Below, one piece after another: positions 41,760 through 51,849 of a stretch of DNA of 64,000 nucleotides (the first letter of the stretch is position 1; the number at the start of each line of letters is the position of its first letter). The notes beneath the pieces are model-generated. The model was not told the DNA's origin. It saw only the letters and a program-made list of their open reading frames with translations, and ran no database searches. This stretch comes from Cyanidioschyzon merolae. Taxonomy: Eukaryota. The translations under genes were made by a program, and so were the position numbers. Location: NCBI GenBank assembly GCA_000091205.1, contig AP006492.2. One strand, 5' to 3'.

Positions 41760-44160
41760 GCATGACGCCGCTGAAGAGAAACGTAATATGGACTTGTTGA
41801 CCTGTTCCTCGAACGTATGCGTTGTAACGGTGTTGAAGTCAGAGCAAAATACAGTGTTTGATCTCAATACTATTTCAACCCTCAATTGGTTGTTCCCAAA
41901 AGCTTTTTCGCGGTTTACAGCACAAGCGTTCAAAGTGCGTTCGTTTTCGAGAATAAAAAAGGAAAGTTATGGACAAGAGAGTCGAGGCCTGCGGAGGCCA
42001 CGTGTCACCAGGTTCGACAAAACACTGGAAAACAGTGCGGGGCCCAGAGCGACAGGAGAAGGGGAAAGAGCAAAACTGGGAGCTCGCACATCAACTGCAA
42101 CTCGAAAGACGATACAATGACGAGAACGTAGAGAGAGCCTGTCTTCCAGGCCATCTCAGGGCTCCTTACAGAGAAAAGATGCAGGAGGGCATCAGAAACC
42201 GCGTCCTATCGTAATCCAGGAGTATTTGAAAAGCTTCTCTTTGATTGATGCATTTGGTGAGGGACCTTTACCATGACGTTACGGACATCAAAACAGTCGA
42301 GGTTCCGGAGGAGTTTTTCAGTGTGACCTTCATCCGCCAACTGATGCTTGGCCCAGAGCGAACCTCGACGATAGACGATCGAGTGCGAGCCCTACACCAA
42401 ACATATGCCTTCTACCGCTTCAACGGTTCTCGATACAAGGGTGACTTGGGCATTGACACCTACAGGGCGATGAAGTATCTCGAAGACTTGAAGAGCCACC
42501 TGATCGAAAACCTCGAAAGCTTCATGAACTGCTCCGTCTTCGCGCTCTACGATGGCCTCTCTGTCCGCGGGAGATGGGCGATCATCAATGGCATCACGAA
42601 CGATCACCAGGATGAAGCGGAGATAGAATGCTTCGGTGCGAAAACATCGTACAGGTGTACGTATGAGAATTCTGTGATCTGTGCAGCCATTCAGGAGCAC
42701 CTTGCGGTACCGGGGCTTGTCAACCCTGCAGAAAAGGTATCAGAGATGAAAAGAGATACGAAAAGATTCATCCCCTCATTCTGCGCTATTTCGTGTACCT
42801 GAACCGAGAGCTCGAACGCAAGGCGGAGATGCAGCTGGGTGAAAAACGAAATGGAGCGCCGGAAAAACGGAAGGCTGCGCTTCTGAAGAAGCGCTTTCAC
42901 GTCGTTCCGATACGCAACACCATGTTGCACTTCGTGACCATCGACTCCAGCGTCCTTTACGGCATGATGCAGGAGATCAGTCCGAAGTTCGACGTCAGCT
43001 CGGAGGAGTTCACGGGGATAGACTGGGAGACTCATTGGAAAAATGTCTTCGATTTCAAAGGTATCAGGAAGAGCAACACAGAAGCATTCGCAGGCAAGAT
43101 CGAAACCGATGGGGTATGCATATGTGTACACTCCAGGCGCTTGAGCAGGCATCGTCATATCCTGTCATCGTTTTCGCCCTGGACGAAGCATCAAAAGAGA
43201 GAGGCGATCCATATGCTGTACGAGCCGCAGAAGAGCGACTTTGTCGTCGGCGTGGACCCTGGAAAGAAGGATATCATGGCCGTCGCTGTGCCATAGTATG
43301 CAAAAGACGGTATCAATGCCAACTTACGCCAAATGGACATGCGTATGTTGAGGTTCTCGACGGCTAGATTCAACAGAGAGTCGGGGATGATAGGTGCCTT
43401 GAGGCAAACCGAGGCTTGGAACTCAAGATTGAAGGAGCACCTGGAAGCGGTCAGCAAAGTGACGAGCTGCGGAGCGGACTTTCGGACCTATCTGGAATTC
43501 ATGGAAACGCACGCTGCGCATGATGGGGACCTGTGGAAGGAGTACATAAAGCCCCGATGGGTTCGTCTGCCTATGGACCTGTACGGAGGGGAGCAGCGTG
43601 CATTCGCCAATTTCTTCAATGAGTTCTGCGCCCTCAAAGAAGGCAAGAGTCAAAGGCTCGTAATAGCGTACGGAGCAGGGAGCTCGTTGCCCGAAAACGG
43701 GAGCACACCGGCACCGTCGACACAAGCGTTCATCGAGTGCGCAAAGCGTTTTGTCACTGTCGTAATAGTCGAGTTCCGAACGACCTGCGTGCACCATGAG
43801 CTGGGCTGTACACTCCAGAAGGTCAGGATGGGGACACAGCCGCCGAGCTCTTCGGGGAAAGAAAATCACGGGGAGCGAACAGAGCGGCCGATGCCACAGA
43901 GGGCGCTAGTTCGAGGACGCCTTCTGTTGGACACTACAGTCAGCGCCATGAAACGCAGGGAGTTCGTGAACCGAGACTTCAACGCCGCCATGAACATCAG
44001 GCGATGTGCTCTGCTGAAGACGAGACCCCCGGAGCTTACGCGAGCGAACTTCGAGGGTAGCTTCCCGGGCTCGACGTGTGCTGGGGGAAACTGAATCCGA
44101 CAGCAGTCGACCGGTCAGAAAAGGATGGGAAGCGTCTGCGAGTGGGGAGATATATATTAA
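41760..44160 (+). mobile_element. Fanzor/TnpB-like (OrfB family, RuvC nuclease) element, copy B, with conserved 5' leader and 3' noncoding region
   Basis: ORFs 41969-42214 / 42245-42802 / 42793-43296 / 43333-44094 are colinear with copy A. RuvC-I 'DFVVGVDPGKKDIMAV' (43247-43293), 'TSCGADF', 'RLVIAYGAGSS' (43666-43680), 'EFRTTCVHHELGC', RuvC-III 'VNRDFNAAMNI' (43969-43995). Upstream 41810-41968 is ~80% nt-identical to 8675-8860(rc). Confidence 0.75.
41969..44094 (+). pseudogene. Fanzor/TnpB-like nuclease ORF (copy B), nearly intact: one frameshift near 42748-42795 and one in-frame TAG at 43297-43299
   Basis: '..IMAVAVP*YAKDGINANLRQMDMRMLRFSTARFNRESG' aligns to copy A '..[36 protein letters not shown]' across the TAG, so the stop replaces a sense codon. 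Start 'MDKRVEAC' ATG at 41969. Confidence 0.6.
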
Positions 44161-45099
44161 CCCTCCACTGTTGTGAGACATTTTTCGTTTTTTTTACGGT
44201 ACGGAAAGAATGAGCATAAAACAGACTGGAAGCTGCGCGATTCGGTTTAGCGGCAGGAAGTGCTGCGCAGATGACTCGCCATTGCCCATGCAGTGGCAAT
44301 ATTCTTGCTACCAATGACCATTTTGCGTGTTCAGGTGGTGTCCATCGAGGAAGGACCCCAATATTCCGTTTTGGTGTCGTGCCTTTGGTGGCACCCATCG
44401 CCTCCTTCGCAACATCCTCTTTAAACTCAACATACAAGCCCGGATAACCGGCAGCGTGCACACATCCGGGAAGGCTTGCTAGGTCCATCGTCCATGCACC
44501 AACAAAATTGTGCCTGGAGACACCCTCTGCCAAGAAGTCGCTGCGCAACTCGCGCCAACAATTCTACGCAGGAGTCTGAGCAGTCTCCGAGCAGTCACCA
44601 GCCGTAGCTGCAGCCACGGATTTTCGCGACACACGCTCAAATGCTTTCCTGGCGCCTGGAAGTTTACTCAATCAGCGCAATGCGGTACATGCCTCTGGTA
44701 TTTCGCAGCACGCATTGTCGTCGTGCATGGACGCTGAAACGCTGTCTATCAAAGAATCCTCTACTCGTATTGTGACGCTGAACACAGCCGCGACTTCACC
44801 GAAATGCGTGCCCCAGTGTGTGGACGATGCGTAGCGCCGTACGACATCAACGCTTCTCCAGTGCCTATGCGAGGTTCATACGGAGCTCTGAACTGCGGGC
44901 TCTGTTCCGGACTTGCGCATTTTCCCGGACTTGGTTTCAGAAATGTAGTCTAGACGTTTGAAGTGCAGCAGTAGGGTCTTGGAGATTCATGCGTTGCTTT
45001 AGGATTCTTGGTCGTCTTTTCGATCTGGCGCTTTCGATTCGCTGCCGACGGAGCTCGTAACTTTACGGGAATCAGGATGATTCGCGGCAGCTTCGAACG

Positions 45100-45812
45100 A
45101 TGGTTCATAAACTAACCGATACCAATATGCAATGCAGACCCACAAGCCTTCAGGGTTCTTGTTTCCTAGCGTGCAGCATGCGCACACCGTGCATACTTCA
45201 AGTTTTCGATTTTTCAGGCACTGGGAAAACAGTGAGTGCAGTGATTCGCGCCAGCGGACTGAGGTGGAAAAGTAGTCGACACCGTTTCTTGATGGCATTC
45301 GCACAAGCTCATTCCATAAGCTTACTGAACCTGGTCAAGCCCAGTAATCAGTTCCGCTCGAAAAACAAGTCATCCCCTATTTGGGGCCATCATCCCCAAG
45401 AGAAACCCGTCATCGTAGTGGGCGTTCACGAACGCGGAAACCGGGGTCGTCATCGAGGATGGCCCCAGGTACCCCCCAGACGACGTGTACTGAGCGTTGC
45501 AACAATCGTGTACGCAATGCAAAGTAGCCTTCGGACGAGCGTGTATGCTGGACGTACGGGAAGACCTGTCCAGTGTCAAGTGTGACCGCTGCGAAGCGGA
45601 CACCGACGCTGTATACGAATGAGCTGACTGTAGCGAGCGACGTGTAGGTGGCAACTCGCGCTTGTGCATGAAATGCGTCAACAGCGGCTGCGGGTGGCGA
45701 AACCGACACTTTCTACATTGCCATGAACGTCCATTGATTGCCAACAAGGGAGCTGGAGAGACAGATGAGACCGACATTGTTACAGCCGCGGATACGAGAC
45801 AGGAATGGAAGC
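45100..45812 (-). repeat. Left copy of an inverted repeat pair (~0.7 kb); core 45250-45812 is ~97% identical to the reverse complement of 59224-59790
   Basis: The reverse complement of 'acaatgtcggtctcatctgtctctccagctcccttgttggcaatcaatggacgttcatgg' (59264-59323) is 45721-45780 exactly; ~8 mismatches per 320 bp in the compared core. Outer ~150 bp more diverged. No long credible ORF. Confidence 0.75.
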
Positions 45813-45948
45813 AGTCGGAGAAAAAGCCTGTATAGGCTGCTACTCAGGACAATGGAGTAAATCACACTTTAGGGCGTATGCCCGATGTAGCTCTGTGAAC
45901 CCGTTCCGTTTCGTACTGACACGAGCGTGTCGCGGCCGCCTTTGCTTT

Positions 45949-48291
45949 TCAACACATGACCCGTTCATCTTCATCCGCGCTATCTGATGGTGACTGCTCG
46001 GAGCTCGGAAACTCTGACCGCTCCTCCCCGTGAGGCTGTCTCTTGTCCAGTGAATCCGAAATCCTGAGGTATTCGTCAGACTTGTGTAAAACTTCCGCAC
46101 TGTGGCTCCGCCGCGGAGGCGATCTGCAGGTCATGGACGAGGAGGCCGGCTTCCAATGTAAAGCGCGAATGTCGGGACTCGCTCGTCGGACGTGAAAGGA
46201 CTCGTCGCAGGCGCTTTCCTCACCTGCCTCCGTGTCGGGAATGGTCTCCAGCGTGGCATCAGTTGCGTGTCGCTGACCGTGCCCTAGCGATATGCGGTGT
46301 ACACGGCGTTCACCGCGAGTTTTCGGACTCGCCGGCGGTGACCGATTAGCAGAACCGCCACCGAAGCTGCCAAAATCAGCCCAGAGCCAGCTTGGCACTC
46401 GGGGAAACAAACGGCTGGTGCTGGATGTCTCTGCGGATGATCTGGGCGTAACCACTGCAGTGGCAGCATCCTGGAAACGGCGTCCGATGTACTCAATACA
46501 ATCATCGATAGTGAACTCTATCAAGCAGTTGTGATGGATTTCGTCCAGCTTCGTATAGGCGAGCCGCTGCCCGCGGGCAACCGCGGCCCGAATGTCTTGA
46601 AGCGTGGGATTCCGAAAGAGTTTGCGGAGATCTGCCAGACTGAGATCCCGCAGAACAGTGACGTCGCCTTCGAAAGGCTGCGTCAGAATCGAAATCGTCA
46701 TGCGAAAAATTCGAGGCACAAGCCCAAGGCCCTCCAGCTGGCTGTATCGAAACTTTAACTCCGCTTTGATGGCCTGCATGAGGCGAGCCTTCATCAGCAT
46801 ACTCCCTCTCGGAATGAAATGCGGGTTTGCCTGGCTGACGATAAAATGATTCACGTTAAACATTTCGCCAATGCGCTGTAACGGTATATCTGCGCTGATA
46901 CTTCCATCCGACCACTGGAATCCCTCCGGGTGATACGGAATAATGCTGCCCCTTTCATCTTTCGCGAAAAGCTCCACCGGAGCGAATATCAACGGCAACG
47001 CCGCCGAAGCACAAGCAGCACTCCATACGAGAACGTTTGGCGCCGTCAAGTAGTTCAGTAGCACTGGTGGACCGTACGCCGGCGTCACGGTCATATTGAT
47101 GATACGTTTGGTGCGATTGTACGCTTCCTGGAAAGTAAGATCACCCAGATTCTCACGCATGCACCCTTGAAGACGCCGGATGTCGAAGAGTACGCCTCGT
47201 TTGGCAAATCGCCGCATGGCTCGGTACCAAGACAGCGACGGATCAAATATTTCGAAGCGCAATGGTCGACCAGTCCACGGGTTTCGGAAGCTCTCCAAGC
47301 ACTCGATGAGCTCCTCGTCCGAGAATACACCAGCGAACGCGACGACCAAAGCTCCAGCGCTCGCACCTGAGAGAATTCGTGGCAAAAGCCGAAGCTCCTG
47401 GAGCGCCTTCAGGACGCCAAAATGGCTCAGACCCATGGTGCTTCCACCCGAAAGCAACAGTGCCGACTTGCCGTACGCATGACGAACCTGGTTGAAGAAT
47501 TCCAGTCGTTCCCGCCAGGAAACTGTTGGATCTTCGGTGGTCGCGATATACTCCAACAGCCAACTAACAACGTACACAAAGTCTTCCACTTCACGTTTCG
47601 TTCCAACTCGACATCTCCTGTGAAGCTCCGCCCGGTGAATACCACAAAAATCTCGAGTCAAGCAGCCTCGCAAGTTGAACATGAGTCGCTGGATGTCGCC
47701 CTGTCGATATAGTGCACTTAGTTGGGATAATTGCCGCATGAGACCCTTCCGATCGTACAACTGGAATGCATCGGTAAGCGATGTTTTCCACCTGCTGCGA
47801 CCTTCGAGCCAGTCAAGTTGAGCCGCTGTTTCATAGTATGAGGAGTACGAATCTGCCTGACCAAGGCGTTCCAGTAGACGCTGCCGCTCAAGCCTTGTTT
47901 GCCTCCTGCGCAACGCCGCTTGCGCTGCCGTGCTGGTTGAGGACACGAGACGCGCACCAAGCAGGACACGTAGCAAGATCGCATCTGCTATCCAGATTAC
48001 ACCAGCAGAAAGAGCGACGAAAATATCCCATACGACGCTGGTTACTCGACACAGAAAAGAAACTCGCGGAGGCGGCTCTTCCAGTGTCCGCCACGGCTCT
48101 TTGAAAACGGCGTTCAATGTGTTCTGCAAGCTACTGTGACTTGGTGCTGGCGGCTCAGAGAGCCAACGTTCCAGTGCGAGCCGCCTCCTACCCTCGTAGA
48201 TGCCGATACGTGGCTCAGCAACGAGGTTTCGTGCCTCCGCTCTCGCCTCGGGTGTCGCCTCCGATCGCTGACCTGCACGTTTTGTGGACAT
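45949..48291 (-). CDS. Patatin-like phospholipase domain protein, SDP1/TGL4-type triacylglycerol lipase
   Basis: ATG at 48291. 'LLLSGGSTMGLSHFGVLKAL' (oxyanion hole), nucleophile elbow 'SGASAGALVVA', 'WSDGSISADIP' (Asp dyad); N-terminal DUF3336-like region typical of SDP1/TGL3-5. Confidence 0.8.
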   Translation of the reverse strand: MSTKRAGQRSEATPEARAEARNLVAEPRIGIYEGRRRLALERWLSEPPAPSHSSLQNTLNAVFKEPWRTLEEPPPRVSFLCRVTSVVWDIFVALSAGVIWIADAILLRVLLGARLVSSTSTAAQAALRRRQTRLERQRLLERLGQADSYSSYYETAAQLDWLEGRSRWKTSLTDAFQLYDRKGLMRQLSQLSALYRQGDIQRLMFNLRGCLTRDFCGIHRAELHRRCRVGTKREVEDFVYVVSWLLEYIATTEDPTVSWRERLEFFNQVRHAYGKSALLLSGGSTMGLSHFGVLKALQELRLLPRILSGASAGALVVAFAGVFSDEELIECLESFRNPWTGRPLRFEIFDPSLSWYRAMRRFAKRGVLFDIRRLQGCMRENLGDLTFQEAYNRTKRIINMTVTPAYGPPVLLNYLTAPNVLVWSAACASAALPLIFAPVELFAKDERGSIIPYHPEGFQWSDGSISADIPLQRIGEMFNVNHFIVSQANPHFIPRGSMLMKARLMQAIKAELKFRYSQLEGLGLVPRIFRMTISILTQPFEGDVTVLRDLSLADLRKLFRNPTLQDIRAAVARGQRLAYTKLDEIHHNCLIEFTIDDCIEYIGRRFQDAATAVVTPRSSAETSSTSRLFPRVPSWLWADFGSFGGGSANRSPPASPKTRGERRVHRISLGHGQRHATDATLETIPDTEAGEESACDESFHVRRASPDIRALHWKPASSSMTCRSPPRRSHSAEVLHKSDEYLRISDSLDKRQPHGEERSEFPSSEQSPSDSADEDERVMC

Positions 48292-49093
48292 GGCCTCTTA
48301 AGCAGCTACGGTTCGCCTTGTTTTCGCGAGAACTGAGGGTGCCACCTATAGACGCCTTAACGAACAGCAGTGGTCACAACTTTGACACGTCTAGCGTCTC
48401 TCAGTCCCTGAGGTACGGTTCGGCCCCATGCGCTGACAAAGAGCAGTCGGCGACGCCGTCGAGAGCAGCAATGACTTGCTCGCGTCCCACAGCGCACCAG
48501 CTCTTGGAGCAATCTATGGACTCGAGCGAAAACCAGGAACACAAAACCGGTCAGTCGGAACCGCAGTGAAGGCACTTTCGCAGCACTACTACGAAAACAG
48601 GCGGGCCGGAGCCGTGTGAAGCTGCGTTTCCAAGTCGGTAGCAGCCTCCGTGCTATTGCCAATAACCAGTAAAGTCAGCGTAACCCTCTCGTCGTACGAG
48701 AAAGGGAAAATCCTCACAAACGTTCCGTGCTTTCGTCGAGACTCCAAAGCGTGCAGATTTCCAGCAACGACCTAATACGCGACCTGCGGCGTCTCTTTCA
48801 AGCGACTGCGCTGGGCAAGTCGCCTCTACCACCAGAAGGCGTGCTGGAACTTGCGTTCTGAGTCTCTATTGGCGTAGAACATGGGTTTTCTTATTGGTTG
48901 TGGAACTCGTTAGCTAGCTTTCAGAAGGTTCCGAGTAGAACTGCGAGTCGGCAACGGCACCGCACGGGTAACGCTTTCCAGACGCCGGAGCAGCTCAGAG
49001 CGCTGAGGGCACGAAGAGGGTCTACGAACTGTTTATGTAGGTTTCATTATTCGGGCAGGCTTGGAAGCGCAGGCTCTGATCACGAGGACCAGC

Positions 49094-50632
49094 ATGAGTG
49101 CACCAGCGCTGTCTCGAGTAACTCCGAGTCAACTGGACGGTGCCTGTAACTGGAGTGCAGGAACAGCGTGTGCAGCACTACTGGCACACGGACGCAGCCA
49201 ACGGAGACCGCTTCCTCAGCACCGTGCTTGGGTGCGCAGAATTCGTGGGGAAAGACGATTTCTGAGCACATTAAAGCGTCCCAGTACCCAAGAGTCCCTC
49301 GAGGCCGTATACTTGGACTACGTGAAGCTCCACGGTCTCCAGAGGGACTTGGAACAGCTCAGGGCTGTCCAGGTTCTGCAAAAAGTTCGCGACGACCTTG
49401 TCGCCTACTCGCAGGTGTCAGTTGCCCAGCAGGGAGCGGCGAGACAGCCTCCAAAAGGAGCGTATCTCTGGTCAACATTGCCTGGAACTGGCAAGACGAT
49501 GCTTATGGAACTCTTCTACAACAATGTACCGCTGTCAAATAAGAAACGGGTCCACTTTAGCGCGTTCATGTTGGAGATCCACGATCGTCTCCATAACTTT
49601 CGAAAGCGTGTGCATAATTGGGATAATGAACCCCGAACTAAGCACCAAAGTAACTATGGTCTTTTCCGAATAGTTTTGAGAGCGCTTCTGGGAAGACCAG
49701 AAGAAGCAGCACGGGCAGAGCAGCACGACCTATCAACGAACCCAATCGATATAGTGGCGGGCGATATGGCAAACGTCTGTCAACTCCTGTGCCTCGATGA
49801 AATGCAGGTCACTGACATTGCGGATGCCATGGTACTGCGTCGCTTCTACGATGTGTTTCGATCACGGGGTGGTACGCTGGTGGCAACTTCGAATCGTGCG
49901 CCAGCAAACCTGTATGAAAACGGCCTTCAGCGGGATCTTTTCATTCCTTTTATTGATGCTGTACAGCGGGATTGCCATGTCGTGAAACTCGATTCCCGAG
50001 TAGACTACCGCCTACAAGCGCTTTTAGAAGAGAGTGCGGACACCTCCCAACTTCCTCTGTTCATCTACCCGCAAACACCCGCAAATCGCGAACGCTTTGA
50101 ACAGCTCCTGGATAAGCTCGCCAAGCGCTCGGAAGGCTCGGTGCGAGGCAGCGTCTCCCCAGTTAGGTATGAAACAGTCGTGGTGCGAACGCTTGGCCGA
50201 GCGCTACGAGTAGAGCGCGCTTTTCCGCGGGCCTCGATCGCACGATTCTATTTCGACGAACTCTGTGATCGACCGCTTGCCGCTGTGGATTACATTGCGC
50301 TTGCGGAACGCTTCCAAACTTTCTTTCTAGAGAATATCCCGAGCCAAATTGAAGATCGCAATATAGCTCGTCGCTTTATTACGCTAGTGGATATCCTTTA
50401 CGATCGCCGTGCACGACTCATCTGTTTGGCAGGGGGTTCACCTGAGCAGATCTTTCATCTTCCAGATGAAAAGAGTGACGAGGCTTTTGCGGCTCAACGG
50501 TGCATCTCTCGCCTCTTAGATATGCAGACTAAGACCTACATCAAAGCAACATCCGATCCTACTGAGCATTTGCGCGAGTCAGAGAAACCACGTGTTGCTA
50601 CGATAGAAGCAACTTCGTCGCTGATCTACTGA
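49094..50632 (+). CDS. AFG1: AFG1/LACE1-family ATPase (mitochondrial AAA-like)
   Basis: Walker A 'LWSTLPGTGKTMLMELF', Walker B 'CLDEMQVTDIADAM'. First ATG 49094 (ORF-track TTG 49061); Arg-rich N-terminus consistent with mitochondrial targeting. Confidence 0.75.
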   Translation: MSAPALSRVTPSQLDGACNWSAGTACAALLAHGRSQRRPLPQHRAWVRRIRGERRFLSTLKRPSTQESLEAVYLDYVKLHGLQRDLEQLRAVQVLQKVRDDLVAYSQVSVAQQGAARQPPKGAYLWSTLPGTGKTMLMELFYNNVPLSNKKRVHFSAFMLEIHDRLHNFRKRVHNWDNEPRTKHQSNYGLFRIVLRALLGRPEEAARAEQHDLSTNPIDIVAGDMANVCQLLCLDEMQVTDIADAMVLRRFYDVFRSRGGTLVATSNRAPANLYENGLQRDLFIPFIDAVQRDCHVVKLDSRVDYRLQALLEESADTSQLPLFIYPQTPANRERFEQLLDKLAKRSEGSVRGSVSPVRYETVVVRTLGRALRVERAFPRASIARFYFDELCDRPLAAVDYIALAERFQTFFLENIPSQIEDRNIARRFITLVDILYDRRARLICLAGGSPEQIFHLPDEKSDEAFAAQRCISRLLDMQTKTYIKATSDPTEHLRESEKPRVATIEATSSLIY

Positions 50633-51299
50633 GGTGCCCTGGTTGTATACTCAGATAAATAAATACTTGAACACCTGTACCAGCACGGCTTTCTTTGCTA
50701 TACCTTTCTTACCTCGCGAATATTCAACAAAAGGTTGTATCCCGTAGGTGGGAGAACGGTCGCGGGAACACTTCCTGCCGTCTGTGCTAGCTTGCCAAGA
50801 AAACGGTCTTTATTGTCCATGTCAGGTATTCTCTGGTCGGCAGGTAGATCAGCCGCTGTTCTCGTGGTCCTTTTGCTGCAAGTCGTACTCACCAGACAGA
50901 GCACATTTGGCTCTGTCTGCACTGCATTCCCGACATGAATGCGTTCCACTCCACATATATTATCTGCGAAATAGCATCTAAGAGACACAAGGTGTGCAAT
51001 CTCCGCACAGTTGAAACGGACGGTGATAAAGGGACGCACACGGACACAGGAAAAAACGCGCCTCTGTGCGAGAACGTTCCGCGCTGAGCTCCGTGCTGCC
51101 AGTTTCGCGGGGGCATGCGAACGCTTATCGTGCAGATGGCAGATGTTCGTCACACTCGATGAGACCTCGTTCGGGAGAAACGGGAGACATGTGTACGGGC
51201 ACCCAGAGCGGGAGCAACAAGTGTTCACAGAGAAGCGACACACGCGCATTCCGAGAGTATCTGCCCAGACGGCGACTGAGTCGTATGTTTTGCTTTGCG

Positions 51300-51730
51300 T
51301 CGGAAAACGGGTCGAAGTCTTGAACGCCTCATGCTTGTTCTTCGCAGCATTCCACGGCGTCTCGTTCTTACACGGCTCCGTGCGGCTCTGCGTCAACGTC
51401 GCTTTCCATCACCCTGAAGAGGTCAACGAGCACGCAGGTGACATTGGCGCTGCGCTGTTCCTCGTACCAGCCTATTCGCCCCGGTCGAGTTCAGTCGAAC
51501 GCATCTGCTCTGTTGGCGAACGCCATTTCCATGGGCACCAATGCGCAGGCGAGTCTTTTACATCCGCGACTCGGTTCGATGGCGAATCGTTCTTCGACAA
51601 TGCGTTGTCTGCTATTGGTGCACAGGAACTGCTGTGTTGCTGCTCGGCTCGTGGGCGGAAACGAGCGGAAACGAGCTCTCCGGTCGGTTGGGGCTCCCAG
51701 TTCGAGAAAGGTGAGGAATGGATCCTCAAG
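51300..51730 (-). repeat. Copy R6 of the H-module repeat (diverged), abutting the 5' end of the Fanzor copy C remnant in divergent orientation
   Basis: Reverse complement 'cacctttctcgaactgggagccccaaccgaccggagagctcg..gagcagcaacacagcagttcctg' parallels R2/R4 head 'taccttttaggtgcaaggtcccgcgagccggacga..gagcagttcgtccgaaacgcagttgattctgg'. Weaker than the other copies. Confidence 0.4.
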
Positions 51731-51849
51731 TAGAACGAGACGTATATATAGGAGGGAGCGAGTTTCTGTATCAACGCCTGTCCATCGCGTCTGTATTTCG
51801 AGAGAAAACCGGGCATGGAGTGTTGCCACCGCATCCATGCCACCTCGCA

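Noticed and set aside
43289-43299. 'gtgccatag' as a tiny intron removing the in-frame TAG in Fanzor copy B
   Set aside because: 9 nt is far below any known spliceosomal intron length. The flanks align codon-for-codon to copy A through the stop, so this is a nonsense substitution.
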